Assembly: GCA_963665235.2 (NCBI GenBank)
Contig: CAXXLX010000002.1
Coordinates: 128,001 to 192,000, forward strand
DNA: 64,000 nucleotides
From: Candidatus Poribacteria bacterium
GTDB taxonomy: Bacteria > Poribacteria > WGA-4E > WGA-3G
Direction: 5' to 3'
Positions 20,243 through 32,063 of the stretch are shown piece by piece (the stretch's first letter is position 1; each line of letters starts with the position of its first letter). The notes below the pieces were generated by a model, which was not told where the DNA came from, searched no databases, and saw only the letters and a program-made list of their open reading frames with translations. The position numbers were made by a program, and so were the translations under genes.

Positions 20243-20399
20243 TTCGAGACAATGCCTCAAAAGCAAGAACAGGCAGCATCCCCCAAGTCTCTTAACAAAC
20301 TGGCAGTCTTACGATTACGAAAAAAACGATCTTTCGCCTCAAAACCTAAACTCGCAGTTAACCTCATCACATGAAAATTCTTAAAACTAAATGGCCCTG
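20243..20399 (+). mobile_element. Degraded ISAs1 3' remnant (second copy)
   Basis: Last ~60 bp identical to the 17293-17557 remnant; upstream part gapped. Confidence 0.8.
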
Positions 20400-23300
20400 T
20401 ACCCCGAGTTTCTATTCCAAACTGGTTCGATTAAAAGCTTAGATTTCAGGAGGCGGTAAACGAGGCGAATGACGGTTTCTATTCCAAACTGGTTCGATTA
20501 AAAGAACAAACAATTAGCTGACACCCTCAAGGAGATAGATAGTTTCTATTCCAAACTGGTTCGATTAAAAGTGAATACAATAGTCCGACAAGCGTACCCA
20601 AAAAAAGTGTTTCTATTCCAAACTGGTTCGATTAAAAGTCTGTATTCGTAGAGAGACTGCCCCCCTCCGCGGGGGTTTCTATTCCAAACTGGTTCGATTA
20701 AAAGTGTACGTTTCCATACCAAGAGAGCGCGTGACTCAGTTTCTATTCCAAACTGGTTCGATTAAAAGTCATTTTCGAGTAAGATGGAGCCGTCTGTGAA
20801 CACAAGTTTCTATTCCAAACTGGTTCGATTAAAAGGCTGCTTGTCAGGAAACATTTTGACAATCTTTAGCGTTTCTATTCCAAACTGGTTCGATTAAAAG
20901 TTGCGTCGACCTTGTTCTTTTCGTCGCGTGCATGCGTTTCTATTCCAAACTGGTTCGATTAAAAGCGCGGCCTTGATTTTTACCTGAACATTCCGACCAT
21001 GTTTCTATTCCAAACTGGTTCGATTAAAAGGTGGTTGTATAGGTCAGGATGTTCTTACTTGTGATAGTTTCTATTCCAAACTGGTTCGATTAAAAGCATC
21101 TCAATCCCTGCAATCATCGTAGGCGAATGTGGGAGGTTTCTATTCCAAACTGGTTCGATTAAAAGAAAAAGAGAACCAACGAGGCAGAAGTGGGGAAGTC
21201 AAGTTTCTATTCCAAACTGGTTCGATTAAAAGCAACTGCTGAAACAAAAGTGGAAGCTTATAAAATAGGTTTCTATTCCAAACTGGTTCGATTAAAAGTC
21301 GCGCGGGCATCAGAGCCCCCCGAAAAAATTTTAGGTTTCTATTCCAAACTGGTTCGATTAAAAGATAAATACAGGTGATAATGTGTGTATAACACTACCG
21401 CCGTTTCTATTCCAAACTGGTTCGATTAAAAGGACACATCGGGGGATATTCATCGTTATCCCAAAAATGTTTCTATTCCAAACTGGTTCGATTAAAAGCA
21501 ATTGGGTATGCCTTTTCGGTTTCTCCTCCTTAGAGGTTTCTATTCCAAACTGGTTCGATTAAAAGAAGGGGAGAAAAATGATAGGTGAAAAAACCTTAGC
21601 GAATGTTTCTATTCCAAACTGGTTCGATTAAAAGATGGGAATGCCAGATGGGCACTTGGACATAAACCAGGTTTCTATTCCAAACTGGTTCGATTAAAAG
21701 CCAAGGCGGCTACAGATTACCCGGTTGGCAAGGTGTTTCTATTCCAAACTGGTTCGATTAAAAGGTGGACATTTCATTCTCCTTTCCAGATTCACTGGAA
21801 TGTTTCTATTCCAAACTGGTTCGATTAAAAGGGATACGGTTCAACCGTTGATGGCGTTGTTGAGAATGTTTCTATTCCAAACTGGTTCGATTAAAAGTTT
21901 CAATAACATCGCTCCTTGAGGATGTTATTGACAAGTTTCTATTCCAAACTGGTTCGATTAAAAGGCTGCAAAAATAAACCTTATGGCATACCACGGTTGG
22001 GGTTTCTATTCCAAACTGGTTCGATTAAAAGGAGTTTTGCCAGCGCCACCCGCTGGGCGGAGAGGAAGTTTCTATTCCAAACTGGTTCGATTAAAAGGTA
22101 TGCTGTGGATGCATCTTTAACAATTTATAATGGTTTCTATTCCAAACTGGTTCGATTAAAAGTTAACCGCGTATTACTTCCAAACGCGGAAGACGTACGT
22201 GTTTCTATTCCAAACTGGTTCGATTAAAAGGAACACACCATGGGGTCTCGTTCGACCGACTGAAGAAAGTTTCTATTCCAAACTGGTTCGATTAAAAGTC
22301 AACCTCCACCACAACAGGCACCACAACAGGCACGTTTCTATTCCAAACTGGTTCGATTAAAAGGATAGAGATTTGTTTGATTTGCCTGATAAAAAAGCAC
22401 GTTTCTATTCCAAACTGGTTCGATTAAAAGGAATATCGAGGAATATTTATTATCCCTCGGAAGTTCAGGTTTCTATTCCAAACTGGTTCGATTAAAAGTT
22501 GATGCGAACAATTACCCATACCACCGCGAGAAAGGTTTCTATTCCAAACTGGTTCGATTAAAAGTGTCCAACAAAATTAATCGTAATGGTGTTCAGGTAA
22601 GTTTCTATTCCAAACTGGTTCGATTAAAAGGATGGCAGCTACGCACTTCAGCAACTAAAACATCTAAGTTTCTATTCCAAACTGGTTCGATTAAAAGCAG
22701 AGGATTTTTACGCAATTCAGGTGCCGCCTATTTTTGAGTTTCTATTCCAAACTGGTTCGATTAAAAGGGCGGTTGTTCCTGTCTCTCCTGTGCCTATAGA
22801 CGCGTTTCTATTCCAAACTGGTTCGATTAAAAGTCAAATGCCCTTAGCACCCCAATCGGTACATCCGTATGTTTCTATTCCAAACTGGTTCGATTAAAAG
22901 GCGGTTGTTCCTGTCTCTCCTGTGCCTATAGACGCGTTTCTATTCCAAACTGGTTCGATTAAAAGTTGCCGATGCTAACAACGCTCTTTACATCAACGAA
23001 AAGGTTTCTATTCCAAACTGGTTCGATTAAAAGGAAATTGGGATACTCATTAACGATATTGAACGTAGTTTCTATTCCAAACTGGTTCGATTAAAAGTCG
23101 CACGTAATCGAGACTGCCGCCATTTTTTTAGAAAGGTTTCTATTCCAAACTGGTTCGATTAAAAGTTAAAAAATAGTTTTTTAAGGAGGTGAGAAACCTA
23201 AGTTTCTATTCCAAACTGGTTCGATTAAAAGTGCCCGATAGGGTTTATTGCAAATTGTTTTCTTCGAAGTTTCTATTCCAAACTGGTTCGATTAAAAGCG

Positions 23301-26300
23301 AAAGCATGACATCCCAACTTTCTTTTAGAATGAAGTTTCTATTCCAAACTGGTTCGATTAAAAGCGTCTGAATAGCATGCGAGTATCCGATTTTTACCAA
23401 AGTTTCTATTCCAAACTGGTTCGATTAAAAGAAATGTTCCAGCATGAAGCACGCAAATAGCAACCCAACGTTTCTATTCCAAACTGGTTCGATTAAAAGA
23501 CAGATAAAAGGAGACTAAGGTCACAGCATACCGGGCGTTTCTATTCCAAACTGGTTCGATTAAAAGAGAAACGCTTTGTTGCCCTTTTGCCTCCCTTTGT
23601 ATGTTTCTATTCCAAACTGGTTCGATTAAAAGTGCCATTCCGAGTTTGTTCGCTGTGGGTTTTCAGACCGCGGTTTCTATTCCAAACTGGTTCGATTAAA
23701 AGGTCTTGGTTGTAGAAACGAGGACGCTATCGTCTAACGTTTCTATTCCAAACTGGTTCGATTAAAAGCTCATAATTGAATGCAAATGTTAGCGAGGTTC
23801 CGATTAGTTTCTATTCCAAACTGGTTCGATTAAAAGACCGTTATCAGCGGAGACTTTCCAACCTGGACAGGTTTCTATTCCAAACTGGTTCGATTAAAAG
23901 CTGTTTTCGGGGTGTGGGTCCCAGGTGTCGGCTGTTCCGTTTCTATTCCAAACTGGTTCGATTAAAAGTATCCTTACAGCCTTTCTTCACACAGCATAGT
24001 TCGGTTTCTATTCCAAACTGGTTCGATTAAAAGGGTGTACAAGCACTTATAGATGACCTCACCGCACGGGTTTCTATTCCAAACTGGTTCGATTAAAAGG
24101 AGTGTTCCGAAGTATGCCATACCTTCCTGTAGTGTGTGTTTCTATTCCAAACTGGTTCGATTAAAAGCAGTGGTCGGCACAGGCGGGCCACATATTGAAT
24201 TGCAGAGTTTCTATTCCAAACTGGTTCGATTAAAAGGAAGGTCCCGGTGCGGTTGTCGCTGTTCCGGGTGCGTTTCTATTCCAAACTGGTTCGATTAAAA
24301 GGTCAAGTCTTTTGAGTCCATCCATTTCAGCAGACAGGTTTCTATTCCAAACTGGTTCGATTAAAAGGGTGAACGAGACACACGTTCACCCACAAGGGGG
24401 CTGGGTTTCTATTCCAAACTGGTTCGATTAAAAGGAACAACGTGACGTTCTTACCTCGGTACTTGCTGCAATGTTTCTATTCCAAACTGGTTCGATTAAA
24501 AGTGAAGTTGCATTTTAAGATGGGTTGTCAGGAGTTCGTTTCTATTCCAAACTGGTTCGATTAAAAGGACGGTAAAGGCTTCAAGGTTTTTGAAAAGACT
24601 AAGTTTCTATTCCAAACTGGTTCGATTAAAAGGTGCCAAAAGTTAGACCCGATAAAATCTTTGTTCTTACGTTTCTATTCCAAACTGGTTCGATTAAAAG
24701 TCGGATTCGCAGGCACTCGTGAAAAAATTAGCGACGTTTCTATTCCAAACTGGTTCGATTAAAAGTCTGTTGCAAAAAAATAAACCTGGTGGCATGCACG
24801 TTCGTTTCTATTCCAAACTGGTTCGATTAAAAGGATATTTGCAGACAGAATGAGTCGGTACCTCTATGGTGTTTCTATTCCAAACTGGTTCGATTAAAAG
24901 CGGCATGCGAATGAAGTCAATCAACGCCGCTGGCAAGAGTTTCTATTCCAAACTGGTTCGATTAAAAGTCCAAACCTTTATCGGTGCGCTCACCCTGACC
25001 CTTACGTTTCTATTCCAAACTGGTTCGATTAAAAGTCAGCAGAATCGGACACAAACGACACCCCTAAATCTGTGTTTCTATTCCAAACTGGTTCGATTAA
25101 AAGCCGCATTTAAGTCTGTTCGGATGCAACTTCTCGGTTTCGTTTCTATTCCAAACTGGTTCGATTAAAAGGTTTGTAGTTGTCTATTAGACGATTTGCG
25201 CGTGCAAAGTTTCTATTCCAAACTGGTTCGATTAAAAGACAATTGTAATTTCTGTCCATTGATGTTGTTTCTGCAGTTTCTATTCCAAACTGGTTCGATT
25301 AAAAGAAATTTTTCCAGATTTGAAACGTGAATATCTTCAGCCGTTTCTATTCCAAACTGGTTCGATTAAAAGGCTTGAGATTTCCAATCCGCCGCAATCC
25401 CTTGCATCGTTTCTATTCCAAACTGGTTCGATTAAAAGAACGGTCACGCCAGTAATTTCTCAACCACGCTTCGTAGTTTCTATTCCAAACTGGTTCGATT
25501 AAAAGAAGATAAAAAGTGATTAAAGAAGTGATAAGGCGGGTGCGTTTCTATTCCAAACTGGTTCGATTAAAAGAGTTCCTCCAGCAACAGTACCCGGAGA
25601 GATGGGCCGAGTTTCTATTCCAAACTGGTTCGATTAAAAGACCGACACAAGGCACACCGACACAAGGCACACCGACTACGTTTCTATTCCAAACTGGTTC
25701 GATTAAAAGGTTGATTACCATCTGGGATCATGAAGTTGCAATAAAGTTTCTATTCCAAACTGGTTCGATTAAAAGAAACTCGTGGCCTTGAGGCAGATAT
25801 TGTGATACTGAATGGTTTCTATTCCAAACTGGTTCGATTAAAAGCTACAGACGCTCGAACTGGAGCGACAACAACTGAAGGTTTCTATTCCAAACTGGTT
25901 CGATTAAAAGTGAACAAACAGCAGTGTCTGCTGTTGTGCTGCAAAGGTTTCTATTCCAAACTGGTTCGATTAAAAGCGCGGAACTAAACGATTTAGTTAA
26001 AGCACTCAAATCAAGTTTCTATTCCAAACTGGTTCGATTAAAAGACGGGGGTTGTTGGGTGAAGATGTTGTACTACTTGACAAGTTTCTATTCCAAACTG
26101 GTTCGATTAAAAGGGGGCGATGTTCATCAATTCTGAACGGTTTACAACTTTGTTTCTATTCCAAACTGGTTCGATTAAAAGCAAACGCTACCATCAAAGT
26201 CGAGAGCGGACGCAACAATGTTTCTATTCCAAACTGGTTCGATTAAAAGAAATCCGCTTTAGACAACTGGATGTGGTTTTTAAAAGTTTCTATTCCAAAC

Positions 26301-28189
26301 TGGTTCGATTAAAAGGCTATGAAGCCGCATTTTGTGGAGCACAGCCGATTTATCGTTTCTATTCCAAACTGGTTCGATTAAAAGGCAAACAACCCACGCT
26401 TAGATTAACCCCGCAACCGAGTTTCTATTCCAAACTGGTTCGATTAAAAGATCGCTTATTAGCAGGCTGTCCATTCACGAGTGTTGTTTCTATTCCAAAC
26501 TGGTTCGATTAAAAGCTACGGGTGTCATATTAAATATCCGAGATTTAATTACGCGTTTCTATTCCAAACTGGTTCGATTAAAAGGTATCCAAGCAGCAAA
26601 AAAAGGACAACGCCGTAAACGTTTCTATTCCAAACTGGTTCGATTAAAAGTAGCACTCTTAGAAAATGAGAACACAAAAGACACGTTTCTATTCCAAACT
26701 GGTTCGATTAAAAGGCTGCACCGCCTTTTCTTGCTTGAGTGCCGATTTCTGTGTTTCTATTCCAAACTGGTTCGATTAAAAGGCTGATTCGGTTTTGCCC
26801 AAAACAAAATTTCATCATGTTTCTATTCCAAACTGGTTCGATTAAAAGTCCTCGTCGGTTTCGGGTGCGGTTTCGGGTGCGGTTTCGGTGTTTCTATTCC
26901 AAACTGGTTCGATTAAAAGGGGATGCAATTTATAGTCGACGGACTTTAACCGTAAGTTTCTATTCCAAACTGGTTCGATTAAAAGAAATCGCCCACACGC
27001 GACGTAACACCGAAATGGGAGAGTTTCTATTCCAAACTGGTTCGATTAAAAGGACGGAGGTAACAACATGAAACGTTTTCGTTTGTGGGTTTCTATTCCA
27101 AACTGGTTCGATTAAAAGGCGTGCTGTCTGGCAAAATATCGGATAAAATATCCTCGGTTTCTATTCCAAACTGGTTCGATTAAAAGGCCTGGAATTGTGA
27201 TTTCCCGCCATCAATTTTTATAGTTTCTATTCCAAACTGGTTCGATTAAAAGGGTAGGGGGGCTCGATGGCATCATTCAGGAGATTCAGTTTCTATTCCA
27301 AACTGGTTCGATTAAAAGAGACAAGCAACAGCTGGAAGAAGCCCTCCGAATCACCCGTTTCTATTCCAAACTGGTTCGATTAAAAGGAACCCCAACCCCA
27401 ACCCCAAATGTTCAAAGACGCAACAGTTTCTATTCCAAACTGGTTCGATTAAAAGGATGAGATATTATTACGGAAAACTAATTAAAGCAAGTTTCTATTC
27501 CAAACTGGTTCGATTAAAAGCACCCCACATATCGCCTATACCCTCGTCCCCCTCTCACGGTTTCTATTCCAAACTGGTTCGATTAAAAGTATGAACTTGT
27601 GGAACCCTCTAAAGTGTGTGAGTCCGGTTTCTATTCCAAACTGGTTCGATTAAAAGGCACGACATTGCGTTGACAGCAAAGTGCATGCTACTTTCGTTTC
27701 TATTCCAAACTGGTTCGATTAAAAGTGAACTCGCGTGTGATAGCAATAGCAACAAAACGAGCGAGTTTCTATTCCAAACTGGTTCGATTAAAAGGGTTGC
27801 ACTGAGCATTTTTAGCTGTTCGACAACATGTTTCTATTCCAAACTGGTTCGATTAAAAGTTCCAACCAATAGAAAAGTTTTCAGAAGTAATAGCGTTTCT
27901 ATTCCAAACTGGTTCGATTAAAAGCGCCATTGATGGACATGTAAAACAACCGTTTGCTAGGGTTTCTATTCCAAACTGGTTCGATTAAAAGCCATACTTG
28001 GGACAAGATAAATTGTCCCCGGCGTGTTTCTATTCCAAACTGGTTCGATTAAAAGGTTCTTCGGACAATTTGATAACCCATGGCTCCCACGAGTTTCTAT
28101 TCCAAACTGGTTCGATTAAAAGTGAGACGGAGCGCGGTGAAACATTTTTCATCAAGGCGGTTTCTATTCCAAACTGGTTCGATTAAAAG

Positions 28190-28440
28190 GCTTCGCTCAG
28201 CCAGCATTAATATTATACTACATCCTTATACTGTTTGTCAAGTTTATTTTAATTTTTTTTCGTTTAGCAGGCAAATTTTTGTCGACCTCCGGTAATGCAA
28301 ATTTCCTAGGAGGTTGACGGATCCTTGTGTGACAAGAGATTATCCCGTTTTTTTACGGAATTCGTTGGTGAGACAAGCACGGAAACTGCTTATTGCAGCG
28401 CGGTCGACAGCAGCATTTATAAGCAGTTTTCCGCACAAGC
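28190..28440 (-). promoter_or_regulatory. CRISPR leader 1 with a sigma70-like promoter
   Basis: Minus-strand TTGACA(28241-28236)-N18-TATAAT(28217-28212) pointing into the array; gtcgac motifs. Confidence 0.85.
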
Positions 28441-28445
28441 GTTGT

Positions 28446-28709
28446 CTATAACAGGTTCGTGGCGGGATTTTTGTCCACACCCATGATCTCTTTGTTCATC
28501 CATCTGGCATCGCGCAATTGGTAGATGATGACAGAGTCTTTTTCAGGATCGGTGATTGCTGCGAGACCGGATTTAACACGGGAGAATTGGGCCTTCGTCA
28601 ATTGTCCCTCAAAAACCGAGTTTTGAACCCAATTGAGATGTTGTCGAAGATATTTACATACCTTTGCAACACGTTCAACCCCAATATCGTAAACGAGAAT
28701 GATATACAT
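28446..28709 (-). CDS. cas2: CRISPR-associated endoribonuclease Cas2
   Basis: YIILVYDI...WVQNSVFEG...DSVIIY; RBS aaggagg. Confidence 0.95.
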   Translation of the reverse strand: MYIILVYDIGVERVAKVCKYLRQHLNWVQNSVFEGQLTKAQFSRVKSGLAAITDPEKDSVIIYQLRDARWMNKEIMGVDKNPATNLL

Positions 28710-28734
28710 TAGTATATGCCTCCTTTGAAAAAGG

Positions 28735-29168
28735 TTACCACCAAGGCCGTAATGCCTGATACGTCTCCATGCCAACGAGGTGTTTGATGAGTTTGTAACA
28801 TTCTAAGCGGATAAGGCGTTGATAAGAAACCTTGCGCTTGAGTTGTCGATGCGATACGGTCTGCTTAAGTTGTTCATCAAATTCCGCGATGAAACTTTTT
28901 CGTCCCTGCTCGTTGAGATAACAGGCACCGACATCTTTTTCAAAATGTTTCGTTTCGTTGAGTTGCCCTCTGTTAAACATTCGGAAAATAATCCGATCGA
29001 TGATGAGAGGTTTGAAAATCTCAGCGAGGTCAAGCGAGAGCGAGAAACGTCTGTCGCCGGGCTCATGAAGAAAGCTGATCGTTGGATTGAGCTGCGTTCG
29101 GTAGATCTCCGTGAGACAGGCGGCATACATCAACGAGTTGCCGAAGGAGATGGCGGCGTTGATAGGAT
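28735..29168 (-). pseudogene. cas1: Cas1 (type I-B), C-terminal ~145 codons only
   Basis: NPINAAISFGNSLMY, SFLHEP, LSLDLAEIFKP, LIRLECYKLIKH; 5' end abuts a CRISPR repeat. Confidence 0.93.
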
Positions 29169-29328
29169 TATTCCAAACTGGTTCGATTAAAAGACAACTT
29201 CCCCTGAACACTATAAAAGAGGTTGTTCATAGTTTCTATTCCAAACTGGTTCGATTAAAAGGCCCAGCGTAGTAGCCGTAGTAGTTGAACACATGGAAGT
29301 TTCTATTCCAAACTGGTTCGATTAAAAG
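29169..29328 (-). CRISPR. Mini-array: two full repeats, one truncated repeat, two spacers
   Basis: Same repeat as the main array; distal repeat lacks GAAAC and is fused to cas1. Confidence 0.95.
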
Positions 29329-29540
29329 GCTTTGCTCAGCCAGCATTGATATTATACTACATCCTTATACTGTGTGTCAAATTTATTTTTTTCGTTTAGC
29401 AGGCAAATTTCTGTCGACTGCCGGTAACGCAAATTTCTTGGGAGGTTGACGGATCGTTGTGTGACAAGGGATTATCCCGTTTTTTTACGGAATTCGTGAG
29501 TGAGACAAGCACGGAAACTGCTCATCGCAGCGAGGTCGAC
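29329..29540 (-). promoter_or_regulatory. CRISPR leader 2, a diverged copy of leader 1 with an intact promoter
   Basis: Colinear with 28190-28408 with scattered substitutions and a short indel; TTGACA-N18-TATAAT retained. Confidence 0.92.
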
Positions 29541-29623
29541 GTATTCGGAGGTGTGCTCCATTTGCAGACATAGAGATAGTTAACGGCGATGCCGGTGATG
29601 TTGGTGTTGTCACGGTTTTGCAT
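29531..29623 (-). pseudogene. cas4: Cas4 N-terminal remnant
   Basis: RBS plus MQNRDNTNITGIAVNYLYVCK, then in another frame MEHTSEYVDL, resembling type I-B Cas4 N-termini; located after cas3. Confidence 0.8.
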
Positions 29624-29652
29624 TTGTCGTTTCTCCTTTTTCGTGATAAAAA

Positions 29653-32037
29653 CTATAAGCGGTTGGTGCTGTGTTCATCTATGAGCAACCCGAGTGTTTC
29701 ATCGTAGCGAACCTTTATGAACCACTGTGCAAACTTTCCAAAGCGTTTACGTTCATACAGCTGGCCATCTCGACGCAGTCTTGCAAATTGACGGTCGCTA
29801 ATTTGGGCAATATAGGCTCTGGCTTCATAGTACTGGCGTTCTTCAATTTTCGCCCAGAAGGCTTCTTCATAAGATTCGGGCACAACTTCAACACTCTTAA
29901 AGAGTTCATTAAATTCCTTGCGCCCTTCAGAATCTTCGATAAATGGAACAATGCCTTCTAGGTGCCGTTCAAATAATTGTTTCGCCCTATTAAATTTCTC
30001 GGTTTCTTTTTCATTGTAACCATCACAATAGACTTTATCGATAAGACCTTGGATTTCCGATTCGTGCAGAGTCTCTACAGGTGCGAACGCATCTTTAGTA
30101 CGTTCCACCTTCTCGGAGGAGTAGATAAAGTGATCGTTTTCTCCACCTTCCTGGCAAATATGTACATCACAGATACCTTTTTCACCTTTCCTATTGATCC
30201 GCCCGAAACGCTGAATAAGGGCATCTATCGGTGCTGGTTCTGAAAAGAGGCAATCAAAATCAATGTCAAGCGAAACCTCAACCGCTTGCGTACCGACAAG
30301 GAGATCGGCGTTTTCAAGTTCCTGTTCAATACGCTCTCGATCGCGAAGGATAAATCGACTGTGAAGGAGTTTAGCATTTTCAGTTACGTCTCGTAATTGT
30401 TCGAACACACTTTGTGCCTGCTTAACGGTATTACAAACAACCATGACCCGCTCACCTTGCGCGAGTCGTTCTACAATCATGTGGATTGCATCGTGGATGT
30501 CGCCATCAAGTAAACGGACGCGGTGTCGCGTGAATTTGTTCCGTTCTTCCGGTTCCATTTCAACCAGTGCAAGTTCCCCGATTGCCTCGTTAATCTTCTG
30601 TTTAAGAAACTTTGGCATTGTAGCAGTCATAATGCAGAATTTTGCATCGTAGTCTTTACGCAGTCGTTCTACCATCGTCAAAATAAGCGCGGTTGTGTGC
30701 GGATCATAGGCGTGGATTTCATCAAAGATAAAAAGCCCTTTGGACATCTCAGCCATCTGCATCTCAAACCCGCGTATACCAAAAAACGCCTTCAGCAGTT
30801 GAAAAGGCGTTAGCACCTTGTACGGACGACAGATCTTCCGAGTGAGATTGAGATTCTGACTGGCTAACGCGGCTGCATCTTGAGGTGTATACTTCTTATC
30901 AACGCGTGCTTGATTCCCCGTAGGGGCGAGGTTTCCTCGCCCTCCCGCAGCAGTATAATCTTTATCAACGAGTGCTTGATTCTCCGTAGGGGCGAGGTTT
31001 CCTCGCCCTCCCGCAGCAGTATAATCTTTATCAACGAGTGCTTGATACATAAAATAGGCAGCCTTACCATGCAGCATACCGATTTTATCGTCAGATACGA
31101 GTTCCTTCAGCCGATTATACATAGCGTTTATACTGGCGGTGTAGGGTAAAACATAAAAGACCCGGTTGCCAAGTGTTTCACATTGGTTGTTGTCTGACCA
31201 GAGCAAAGCCGCTTCAGTTTTGCCGGAACCGGTGGGCGCGGAGAGCATGAGTTGTCCGGTTGTTTCGCCTGAGGCTTTTTGAAAAGGTTGCCATCCGTGA
31301 AATTGTCGTTTTTTTTCTTCTGCCTTCTCTTTAACATGTTGTGTCAGTTCTGCTTCAAAGTTATCAAGTGCGGCCTGGATCTCATTTTTGCCAGCAGAAG
31401 CGAGGTGGTCACAGGCAATCATGCATCCGCGCATAAGCATGCCATAGGTGCTGTGCAACGGAGTTAATTCACCGTCTTCGAAGTCATTCCAATAGGGAGC
31501 CAGAAATTCTCGGTAACCGCTAATAAGCTCATCTCTCGAGATGACAGGTGTCCATAAGCACTCCTCAGTAGGACACCACTGAGACACCTGTTCCTGAATT
31601 TTCATTAAAGCATCCCAATTCGGCGCGAGTTCTGCAATTCGTCCTTGCCATTCCTCGTAACCCTCTTTATTTTCTTGCCAGGCCGGATGTCTCTCCACTA
31701 GGGTCTCAATATCCTTGTGATGTGTTAAAATCGCGAGCGCGATCGCTTGTTTGACTGGTTCTGGGTATTGAAGCGTGACAACAAATCCAGTCGACAAGAT
31801 CTCGTGGCGATAGTTCCATCGCGTGTCATCTATGAGTTGTTTTTGAAAACCGATTGCTGCCTTTCCGAAATCGTGAAGTGCGACAGCGTAAAAGAGATGC
31901 TCAAAGAAATCGGGCTCTTTGGCAACATCAGCTAAAAATGGCATCCGTTTTCGAAGACTATCATACACCGCGAGGCAATTTTCGGTGTGGTCAAAAAGTG
32001 TTTCTTTTGGATCGCTTTTCGCAAGTAATATTGGCAT
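29653..32037 (-). CDS. cas3: CRISPR-associated helicase/endonuclease Cas3 (HD plus SF2 helicase)
   Basis: HDFGK, HE, THH, DHLAS, APTGSGKT, DEIH, TAT, QAVEVSLD, QRFGRINR. Confidence 0.97.
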   Translation of the reverse strand: MPILLAKSDPKETLFDHTENCLAVYDSLRKRMPFLADVAKEPDFFEHLFYAVALHDFGKAAIGFQKQLIDDTRWNYRHEILSTGFVVTLQYPEPVKQAIALAILTHHKDIETLVERHPAWQENKEGYEEWQGRIAELAPNWDALMKIQEQVSQWCPTEECLWTPVISRDELISGYREFLAPYWNDFEDGELTPLHSTYGMLMRGCMIACDHLASAGKNEIQAALDNFEAELTQHVKEKAEEKKRQFHGWQPFQKASGETTGQLMLSAPTGSGKTEAALLWSDNNQCETLGNRVFYVLPYTASINAMYNRLKELVSDDKIGMLHGKAAYFMYQALVDKDYTAAGGRGNLAPTENQALVDKDYTAAGGRGNLAPTGNQARVDKKYTPQDAAALASQNLNLTRKICRPYKVLTPFQLLKAFFGIRGFEMQMAEMSKGLFIFDEIHAYDPHTTALILTMVERLRKDYDAKFCIMTATMPKFLKQKINEAIGELALVEMEPEERNKFTRHRVRLLDGDIHDAIHMIVERLAQGERVMVVCNTVKQAQSVFEQLRDVTENAKLLHSRFILRDRERIEQELENADLLVGTQAVEVSLDIDFDCLFSEPAPIDALIQRFGRINRKGEKGICDVHICQEGGENDHFIYSSEKVERTKDAFAPVETLHESEIQGLIDKVYCDGYNEKETEKFNRAKQLFERHLEGIVPFIEDSEGRKEFNELFKSVEVVPESYEEAFWAKIEERQYYEARAYIAQISDRQFARLRRDGQLYERKRFGKFAQWFIKVRYDETLGLLIDEHSTNRL
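30896..31046. repeat. In-frame 66-bp tandem duplication carrying a GTAG-REP inside cas3
   Basis: QALVDKDYTAAGGRGNLAPTxN twice; gtaggggcgaggtttcctcgccc in each unit. Confidence 0.93.
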
Positions 32038-32063
32038 AGATTTTCTCTCCTACGAAATTCGGG

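Larger units (their letters stand above)
12432..28189 (-). CRISPR. Very large type I-B CRISPR array; 30-bp repeat CTTTTAATCGAACCAGTTTGGAATAGAAAC (transcribed orientation), roughly 200 repeats, spacers mostly 34-41 bp
   Basis: Repeat gtttctattccaaactggttcgattaaaag on +; GAAAC 3' end on -; leader next to cas2; degenerate or truncated repeats at 12432 and ~12612-12642 mark the old end; count estimated from length. Confidence 0.99.

Noticed and set aside
12663-28295. Many short ORFs containing FLFQTGSIK / FYSKLVRLK
   Set aside because: Translations of the CRISPR repeat, not genes.
28735-29211. 158-aa ORF as a functional mini-Cas1
   Set aside because: Its start lies inside a spacer with no clear RBS and it lacks the N-terminal domain; treated as a pseudogene.
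12432-29328. Spacers targeting elements in this window (IS630, IsrB, cas genes)
   Set aside because: No match noticed by eye, but the check was not exhaustive; an alignment is needed.
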